Assembly: GCA_023390115.1 (NCBI GenBank)
Contig: JAEWDM010000022.1
Coordinates: 313,211-337,210, forward strand
Reading direction: 5' to 3'
DNA from: Bacillota bacterium
Lineage (GTDB): Bacteria > Bacillota > Clostridia > Acetivibrionales > DSM-27016
DNA length: 24,000 nucleotides
This document shows, piece after piece, positions 16,254-21,637 of this stretch. The translations under genes and the position numbers were made by a program. The notes beneath the pieces were generated by a model, which saw only the letters and a program-made list of their open reading frames with translations, was not told where the DNA came from and did no database searches. Within the stretch, counting starts at the first letter, position 1. Every line of letters starts with the position of its first letter.

Positions 16254-16450
16254 CTAAAAAAAACCGTCCCCTCTGTTTCTTTATCACCATACAGGCCAAA
16301 AAGGGTATGGAAAATAAAGGTAGTGCCACAATCGTCCCTTAAGCTTTAAATATGTCTTTGTTTTAAATTTGTATGTAGCTTTTGAATTATTTTAAGAAGT
16401 TTGTCTTTTGTATAACATATGCTAAACAGTCTCGTATACTTAACTAAATG

Positions 16451-16490
16451 TTTAATGGTCTGGCTAATCCTTTTAGTACAGACCATTAAA
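16451..16490 (-). terminator. Hairpin downstream of pilA (probable partial terminator or processing site)
   Basis: A perfect 12-bp inverted repeat, TTTAATGGTCTG (16451-16462) and CAGACCATTAAA (16479-16490), with a 16-nt loop, lies 38 nt after the pilA stop. It is not followed by a clean U-tract, so termination efficiency is uncertain. Confidence 0.45.
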
Positions 16491-16527
16491 CAATATGATA
16501 ATTGTTGAATTCTATAGATTCTATATC

Positions 16528-16905
16528 TTATGTCTCTGCAACTACCTGACCACTAGCTGCTTTAACATATCCTTTCGCAGGCGCACCAGGTTTCGTAGGC
16601 ATTTGTTTGAGATATCCATTAGTTACAAGATTCCCTGGTGTAATACCTACACCACCCACAGCTCCATCTTTTCCTAATGTTACTGCTGTATATGTTCCCC
16701 CGTTATCAGCTATATAAGCAGTTAAAGCTCCTTCCAATATACGAATATTAGCTTCATTTGCTCGATTACTTGCGTTTGTAGTAGTAGCAGTATAAATAGG
16801 AACCGCAATTGCCACAAGAATGCCCAGAATCACCACGACCACCATCAGCTCAACCAGTGTAAAGCCCTTGTTGTTATTCCTCAGCTTGCTAAAGAATCTG
16901 ATCAT
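16528..16905 (-). CDS. pilA: Major type IVa-like pilin PilA
   Basis: The 125-aa ORF starts MIRFFSKLRNNNKG|FTLVELMVVVVILGILVAIAVPIY, a canonical prepilin leader with Glu+5. The RBS GGGGGAG lies 7 nt upstream of the ATG. It is the first gene of the locus, followed by a hairpin. Confidence 0.88.
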   Translation of the reverse strand: MIRFFSKLRNNNKGFTLVELMVVVVILGILVAIAVPIYTATTTNASNRANEANIRILEGALTAYIADNGGTYTAVTLGKDGAVGGVGITPGNLVTNGYLKQMPTKPGAPAKGYVKAASGQVVAET

Positions 16906-17065
16906 AATTGATCTCCCCCTATAAATATAGAATATGGTTTTTAAAAATCCCGCAGCCCGTCTTTTTAAATAAGAGGGTGTGAATAATGCCGTGTAAAGAG
17001 AATGATTATGTAGACATGTTGAAGACCATTGGCACAGGCTGCCAGAACCTCTATAATATACATAT

Positions 17066-17094
17066 ATTATATACGCTGGCGGAAAATATTACAA
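17066..17094 (-). promoter_or_regulatory. Candidate sigma-A promoter for pilA (TTGTAA-17-TATAAT)
   Basis: The minus strand reads TTGTAA (17094-17089), a 17-nt spacer, then TATAAT (17071-17066). The -10 element lies inside a 20-bp AT palindrome (17052-17071). This placement implies a 5' UTR of about 150 nt. Confidence 0.4.
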
Positions 17095-17159
17095 CAGTTT
17101 CCTTAGAATTTTTTAACAAGACTATAACAGGATTATAATACATTATGAAGTAAATCTTA

Positions 17160-17201
17160 CAAAAAGCAGTCCTGCGCATTATACAAAAGCGGCAGGACTG
17201 C
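17160..17201 (-). terminator. Rho-independent terminator of the serC-serA operon
   Basis: GCAGTCCTGC (17166-17175) and GCAGGACTGC (17192-17201) form a perfect 10-bp stem. On the minus strand the stem is followed by UUUUU (17165-17161). It lies 64 nt after the serA stop. Confidence 0.8.
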
Positions 17202-17264
17202 CTTGAAGCAAATACCAACAAATTAAGCTACATAATATAGAAGCCCATCCATAAATAATCAGCC

Positions 17265-18869
17265 CTAAAACTTAAGCATCGACGCCTTAAGCACCCCGTC
17301 TATGCCCTTTAAGGACTGCAGTGTTTCACTGCTCACCTCAACATCAACGCTCACAAAGGACACCGCCTTTTCACCCTTGCGGTTCCTGCTCCACTGCATG
17401 GCCGCTATATTTATATCGGCAGCCCCCAGTATTGTGCCTATACGCCCTATTATCCCCGGCTTGTCTATATTCTGTATCGCTATGACATAGGGTGTCGGCT
17501 CAAAGTCCAGCTTATAGCCGAAGAAATCCACAATTCTTATTTCCTCCCTGGCAAATACCGTGCCCGATACGCTCTGCTGCTTCTTCTTGGTATGGAATTT
17601 AACGGTTATAAGGTTGGTGTATTTATCCAGCTCGGAGCTCTTGCTCTCAATAAACAGTATTCCCATATTTTTAATCATAAGCTCGGCATTTACATAATTC
17701 ACCTTATCCTTGGATATAGGCTCAAGAAAGCCCTTCAGAACGGAAAGGGACAAAACTCTTGTCTCCATTTCAGCCAGGTCTCCGCTGTATATGATTTCTA
17801 TTTTCTGCACAGTTTCCTTTTCCGCCTGATAATAAATTTTGCCCAGCATTTCGGCAAGATCGAGATAGGGCTTAAGCTCCGAGAGATCCTTTACGCTCAT
17901 TGGAGGCATGTTTACCGCGGCGACCATTTCTCCGCTTAAGGCCCCTGCCACAAGCCTGGTTATTTCAGTGCCCACATTGTAGTTGGCCTCCTTGGTTGAC
18001 GCACCCAGGTGAGGGGTTACAATTACATTGTCGAGCTCTAAAAGAGGATTTGTATAGCTCTGATCCTCGGGGGCCTTGTCATAGCTTGGCTCGGGGTCCA
18101 GCACATCTATTCCCGCCGCCGCCACATGCCCCTCCCTCAGGGAGTTGTAAAGCGCCTTTTCGTTCACCAGGCCTCCCCTTGCGGCATTTACGATTCTGAC
18201 ACCCTTTTTGCACAGCTTAAGCTGCTCCTCTCCTATCATTCCATAGGTTTCCTTTGTCTTGGGCGTGTGAAGGGTTATAAGATCGGACTGTTTCAAAAGC
18301 TCTTCGAGAGTCTCGCACTTTTCCACCCCAAACTTTTTGAATTTGTCGTCGGTTATATAAGGATCGTAGGCAACCACCCTCATATTGCTGCCCTTAAGCT
18401 TTGTAGCCACTATTGAGCCTATCCTTCCCAGCCCTATAATGCCGGCTGTTTTCCTGTCAAGCTCGTTTCCTATAAAAAGGTTTCTTCTGAAGTCCTTGTT
18501 TTTGGCCGCAAGGTGCACCCGGGGAAGATTTCTGAATATTGCGTACGCCAGCGCCACCGCAAGCTCTCCCGCTGCCATTATGTTGCTCTCAGGGGTATTT
18601 ACAACGATAATCCCCCTGCCTGTGCAGGCATTTACATCAATGTTGTCTATGCCGTTTCCAGCCCTCCCGGCGGCCTTAAGCCTTGAAGCCTTTGAAATAA
18701 GCTCCTCATCTACCTTTGTGACACTTCTTACAATGATAGCGTCATATTCTCCTATGATATCCAGCAGCTCTTCACGGCTGAGGCCATATTTCGTGTCAAC
18801 CTCAAATCCTCTCTGTACAAGGTATTCAATGCCCTCATCGGCAATTCTTTCAGTTACTATAACCTTCAT
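17265..18869 (-). CDS. serA: D-3-phosphoglycerate dehydrogenase, long form with C-terminal ASB and ACT domains
   Basis: The 534-aa ORF has an NAD-binding GIIGLGRIGSIVA motif and a catalytic region (...RGGLV.E.AL...G....AGIDV...EP...L....NVIVTPHLGAST). A C-terminal extension of about 200 aa ends in an ACT-like segment (IDKPGIIGRIGTILGAADINIAAM). The RBS GGAGG lies upstream. Confidence 0.93.
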   Translation of the reverse strand: MKVIVTERIADEGIEYLVQRGFEVDTKYGLSREELLDIIGEYDAIIVRSVTKVDEELISKASRLKAAGRAGNGIDNIDVNACTGRGIIVVNTPESNIMAAGELAVALAYAIFRNLPRVHLAAKNKDFRRNLFIGNELDRKTAGIIGLGRIGSIVATKLKGSNMRVVAYDPYITDDKFKKFGVEKCETLEELLKQSDLITLHTPKTKETYGMIGEEQLKLCKKGVRIVNAARGGLVNEKALYNSLREGHVAAAGIDVLDPEPSYDKAPEDQSYTNPLLELDNVIVTPHLGASTKEANYNVGTEITRLVAGALSGEMVAAVNMPPMSVKDLSELKPYLDLAEMLGKIYYQAEKETVQKIEIIYSGDLAEMETRVLSLSVLKGFLEPISKDKVNYVNAELMIKNMGILFIESKSSELDKYTNLITVKFHTKKKQQSVSGTVFAREEIRIVDFFGYKLDFEPTPYVIAIQNIDKPGIIGRIGTILGAADINIAAMQWSRNRKGEKAVSFVSVDVEVSSETLQSLKGIDGVLKASMLKF

Positions 18870-18895
18870 TACATTTTACCTCCAATAAATATATA

Positions 18896-19960
18896 TTAAA
18901 TCAGTTGCTCAATAACACCTGTCAATTCCTTTATGTCCTCAAGAGACGCATCAGCCATATGGGCAATTCTGAAGGTTACATCCTTTAAAACTCCATATCC
19001 GTTGGAAATCATATAGCCTCTTTCCCCCAGCTTCTTATTAAGAGCGGATACGTCGATTGCCCTTGTATTTTTTATAGCCGTCACGGTATCGGACATATGC
19101 CTCTCGTCGGCAAAGAGCTCAAAGTTTTGCCTTGCCCAGCCCTGAGTATACCGGGCCATTTCCCTGTGGCGCGCAAATCTGTTCTCCTGCCCCTCCTCCA
19201 TGATTCTGTCCAGCTGGTAATCCAGAGCAAACATATGGGACAGCGACGGAGTTGAGGGATACTGGTAATCCTTCTTTTTTATATAGTTATACAGATCCAG
19301 AAGGTCAAAATAAACTCCTCTGAATTCAACCTGCCTTGCAGCGTCCAGAGCCTTGTCCGATATAGAGCACAGCGACATGCCCGGAGGAAGCCCGAGGCAT
19401 TTCTGGGTTGAAGTAATGCATATGTCTATTCCAAGCCTGTCTACCTCTATTTTTGTCCCCCCCATGGAGCTTACCGCATCCACGCAGTATACCACCTCAG
19501 GGTATTTTTTCATTACAGGAGCTATCTCCTCAACGGGATTCATTACTCCTGTGGCTGTCTCATTGTGAGTAATTGTAATGAGATCGTATTTTCCCGTTGC
19601 AAGCACCTTGTCCACCATTTCAGGCGTTGTTGCCATGCCGGGATCGGAAGAAAATTTATCGGCCTGTACCCCGTTGCACACAGCCATTTTATGCCATCTC
19701 TCCCCAAAGGCCCCTATGGAAAACACCGCCGCCCTCTTTCTGGTGCAGGAACGCACCGCTCCTTCCATCAGACCGCTTCCGGAGGAGGTGGAAAGCAATA
19801 TCTCATTTTGTGTGTACATAAGTTTTTTCATTTTTTCAGAAATGCTTCTCTGCAGAGCCGAAGCGTCTTTAGTCCGGTGTCCCATCATAGGCGTGGCCAT
19901 TTTTTCCAGAATATCGCTTCTTACTTCTACCGGCCCGGGAATAAAAAGTCTTTTATGCAT
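18896..19960 (-). CDS. serC: Class V aminotransferase, probably phosphoserine aminotransferase (SerC-type; AGXT/serine-pyruvate aminotransferase family)
   Basis: The track ORF extends to 20242, but that extension is the riboswitch leader. The real start is the ATG at 19960 (MHKRLFIPGPVEV...), with a GGGAGG RBS about 9 nt upstream. It has the class V aminotransferase pattern, with the PLP-lysine region SSMGGTKIEVDRLGIDICITSTQKCLG. It lies immediately upstream of serA. Substrate specificity is inferred from context. Confidence 0.8.
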   Translation of the reverse strand: MHKRLFIPGPVEVRSDILEKMATPMMGHRTKDASALQRSISEKMKKLMYTQNEILLSTSSGSGLMEGAVRSCTRKRAAVFSIGAFGERWHKMAVCNGVQADKFSSDPGMATTPEMVDKVLATGKYDLITITHNETATGVMNPVEEIAPVMKKYPEVVYCVDAVSSMGGTKIEVDRLGIDICITSTQKCLGLPPGMSLCSISDKALDAARQVEFRGVYFDLLDLYNYIKKKDYQYPSTPSLSHMFALDYQLDRIMEEGQENRFARHREMARYTQGWARQNFELFADERHMSDTVTAIKNTRAIDVSALNKKLGERGYMISNGYGVLKDVTFRIAHMADASLEDIKELTGVIEQLI

Positions 19961-19975
19961 AAACCAATACCTCCC

Positions 19976-20017
19976 AAAAAAGATAATATAAAAGGCCAAA
20001 CCGTTAAAGATTTGACC
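19976..20017 (-). terminator. Candidate terminator hairpin in the glycine-riboswitch expression platform
   Basis: On the minus-strand RNA, GGUCAAA (20017-20011) pairs with UUUGGCC (20000-19994) around a 10-nt loop. A U-rich tract (CUUUUAUAUUAUCUUUUUU) follows, running into the serC RBS. The stem is weak. Confidence 0.35.
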
Positions 20018-20081
20018 ACTGTATAAGCGCAATAAAACACGATACACAAAAAATTTGTGCAGCGAATCAAACAGCCTTGTA

Positions 20082-20250
20082 CTCTGTCCTTTTGCCTGAG
20101 AGATTGAGCGGGCGGCTAAAAGCACCCGTCTTGCCCCTTCGGCTCCATTGCTGGTCTCTCCAGAGGTCCGTCCTGATGAGGTCTGTTTTACCTGAGAGTG
20201 CGACTCCTTCGGTGTCTTTAATAAAGAACTCTCCCCCATCAATCATCCGA
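20082..20250 (-). promoter_or_regulatory. Tandem glycine riboswitch (two aptamers) in the serC-serA leader
   Basis: Read on the minus strand.
- Aptamer 1: GAUGGGGGAGAG-UUCUUUAUUAAAGA-CACCGAAGGAG-UCGCA-CUCUCAGGUAAAACAGACCUCAUC.
- Aptamer 2: CUCUGGAGAGACCAGCAAUGGAGCCGAAGGGGCAAGACGGGUGCUUUUAGCCGCCCGCUCAAUCUCUCAGGCAAAAGGACAGAG.

Aptamer 2 matches the glycine-riboswitch core almost perfectly (CUCUGGAGAG...GCCGAAGGgGCAA...CUCAGGCAAAAGGACAGAG). Confidence 0.88.
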
Positions 20251-20269
20251 GAGTATTCAATTAGATATA

Positions 20270-20298
20270 ATTATAAATATTAAGGGAAATAGTGTCAA
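20270..20298 (-). promoter_or_regulatory. Sigma-A promoter of the riboswitch-serC-serA transcript (TTGACA-17-TATAAT)
   Basis: The minus strand reads TTGACA (20298-20293), the 17-nt spacer ctatttcccttaatatt, then TATAAT (20275-20270). Both hexamers are perfect, and the site lies about 15 nt upstream of riboswitch aptamer 1. Confidence 0.65.
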
Positions 20299-20329
20299 GA
20301 ATTATTTTTTGACATTATTCAGTTCAGCT

Positions 20330-21592
20330 CTATGAAATCAGCCTTTTGAATTCCTCCCTGCTTCTTATGCCGTCAAAGGCCTTATTGCTTTTGGCATCGT
20401 TTTTATATGATCCGTCAAGCTCAATTGCCTTTTTAAGGCTGTCAATGGCTATCTCGCTTTTTTTCATAAGGGAATATACGACAGATATGCCGTAAAACAG
20501 GCTGCTGTCACGGGGCTTTGCTTTCATTGCGGCCTTGTATGCCTCAACGGCCTGATCATACCTTCCCATTTCCACGAGTGTTATTGCCATGTTGTAATGA
20601 AGACGGTATTCTTCCGGCTTAATATTCAGCCCTTTTTTATATATTTCAAGAGCCTCCCTGTGCTTTCCCCCTGCAGACAGTATAATTCCCAGATTATTAT
20701 AGGCATCCATAAAGCCCGGCTTCAGCTCAATCACCTTTCTGAAAGCGGCCGTCGCTTCTTCCGCCCCCGATTCCTCGTCAAGCGCAACTCCCATGTTAAA
20801 ATAGCTTTCATAGCTGTCAGGTCTGATTTCAAGGGCCTTTTTGTATGCTTTCGCGGCGCTTGGCCTGTCTCCCAGCTTATAAAAGGATATGCCCGAGTTA
20901 TAATAAGCGGAATAATCCCCGGGATTAAGCTCCAATATTCTTTGAAAGCATTCTATAGCCTCCCTGTGCCTTCCTGTCATTGCCAGCGCATGCCCCAGCA
21001 TCCCATACGCCTCTCCGCTGGAGCCGTCCAGCCTGCATGCCTGTCTCAGCTCCCGTATGGCGGCATCATACTGTTTCCCGGCGAGCCTGCGCCTTCCTTC
21101 CTCTATATGAGCGCTCATTCTCCCGGCATGAGCACTTATGCCCCTGGCATGAGAACTTATGCCTCTGGCATGAGCACTTATGCCTCTGGCATGAGCACTT
21201 ATGCCTCTGATATAATCACCTATGCCCCCGGCATGAGAAGTTATGCCGCCGGCCTTTGTCTTTAATTTCTTTTGTATGTCTTCTTTCCCGACAGGCCTTA
21301 TCAGCGAAACATAAATGCCCTGCTCCCTTAGTCTTTTTGCTGTCATATAATGATCGTTGAAAAGAAATGCTCCGGGAATGACTATGCCAAGACAAATATA
21401 CAAAGCCTCAACAGTTGTGCTGGTAATAATATTGATATTATTAAAGAAATTGAAAAGCGCGACGGTCAGAGAGAGAATTTGCAGGCAAAAGACCAGCAGT
21501 GTAAGCATTCCTTTTCTCCAAAACAGGCGGCAGGCCATATAAGCGAGAAACAATATCTTTAGTATTATAGTAAAACCCACAATAATTGACAT
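20330..21592 (-). CDS. Membrane-anchored tetratricopeptide (TPR) repeat protein with a heptapeptide tandem-repeat linker
   Basis: The 420-aa ORF has the RBS GGGGG 6 nt upstream of the ATG. About 3 N-terminal TM helices are followed by 7 copies of a 7-aa repeat (RGISAHA-like). About 7 TPR units follow, with recurring patterns such as A..Y..AL...P....A.YN.G. Confidence 0.85.
   Translation of the reverse strand: MSIIVGFTIILKILFLAYMACRLFWRKGMLTLLVFCLQILSLTVALFNFFNNINIITSTTVEALYICLGIVIPGAFLFNDHYMTAKRLREQGIYVSLIRPVGKEDIQKKLKTKAGGITSHAGGIGDYIRGISAHARGISAHARGISSHARGISAHAGRMSAHIEEGRRRLAGKQYDAAIRELRQACRLDGSSGEAYGMLGHALAMTGRHREAIECFQRILELNPGDYSAYYNSGISFYKLGDRPSAAKAYKKALEIRPDSYESYFNMGVALDEESGAEEATAAFRKVIELKPGFMDAYNNLGIILSAGGKHREALEIYKKGLNIKPEEYRLHYNMAITLVEMGRYDQAVEAYKAAMKAKPRDSSLFYGISVVYSLMKKSEIAIDSLKKAIELDGSYKNDAKSNKAFDGIRSREEFKRLIS
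21105..21251. repeat. Seven tandem copies of a 21-bp in-frame repeat inside the TPR gene
   Basis: The plus-strand unit is gcatgagcacttatgcctctg. The copies at 21168-21188 and 21189-21209 are identical. The copies at 21126, 21147 and 21231 differ at a few positions. The copies at 21105 and 21210 are more diverged. Together they encode GGITSHA GGIGDYI RGISAHA RGISAHA RGISSHA RGISAHA GRMSAHI. Confidence 0.9.
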
Positions 21593-21637
21593 ATAATACC
21601 CCCTATATTTAATTTCAGACTCCTAAAGGCAAAAATG

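Noticed and set aside
15991-16329. A 112-aa minus-strand ORF, and plus-strand ORFs 15880..16257 and 15950..16138, overlapping the PilP-like gene.
   Set aside because: These are alternative frames of a GC- and Pro/Gly-rich linker region. Their sequences are Arg/Pro-rich and nonsensical, with no RBS. The 15696..16253 frame has TM, linker and domain organisation and operon-consistent spacing.
17030-17044. A sigma-54 (-24/-12) promoter upstream of pilA, as in many Gram-negative pilA genes.
   Set aside because: TGGCAG-N5-TGCC places GG and GC 10 nt apart instead of the required 12, and the -12 region is not TTGCA-like. It is better described as a TGGCA-N5-TGCCA inverted repeat.
16906-17065. A c-di-GMP riboswitch (class I or II) in the pilA leader.
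   Set aside because: I could not find the conserved cores by eye (GEMM-I GGCAAACC...GACGCAAAGC, or the class II ACGCAC...pseudoknot motifs). This remains only a suggested computational check.
5013-17264. The pilus locus as a recently acquired genomic island or mobile element.
   Set aside because: No integrase, transposase, tRNA attachment site or flanking direct repeats are visible. Bulk composition matches the flanks, apart from pilA. The 3' end overlaps the DUF1015 stop codon, which suggests long residence. This is kept only as a synteny question under the DUF1015 finding.
19961-20242. A 94-codon N-terminal extension of the serC ORF (MMGESSLLKTPKESHSQVKQ...).
   Set aside because: This stretch is the glycine-riboswitch leader, which happens to be stop-free. 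The ATG at 19960 has a GGGAGG RBS and gives the canonical class V aminotransferase N-terminus (MHKRLFIPGPVEV).
21105-21251. A possible CRISPR array or other non-coding repeat locus.
   Set aside because: The repeats are directly adjacent with no spacers, only 21 bp long, in-frame within a well-supported CDS, and no cas genes are nearby.
20597-21265. A 222-aa plus-strand ORF with its own 'MSTYASG' repeats, plus the 20980..21210 ORF.
   Set aside because: It is antisense to the TPR gene. Its repeat is just the mirror image of the 21-bp tandem repeat. The minus-strand frame has clear TM and TPR features and an RBS.
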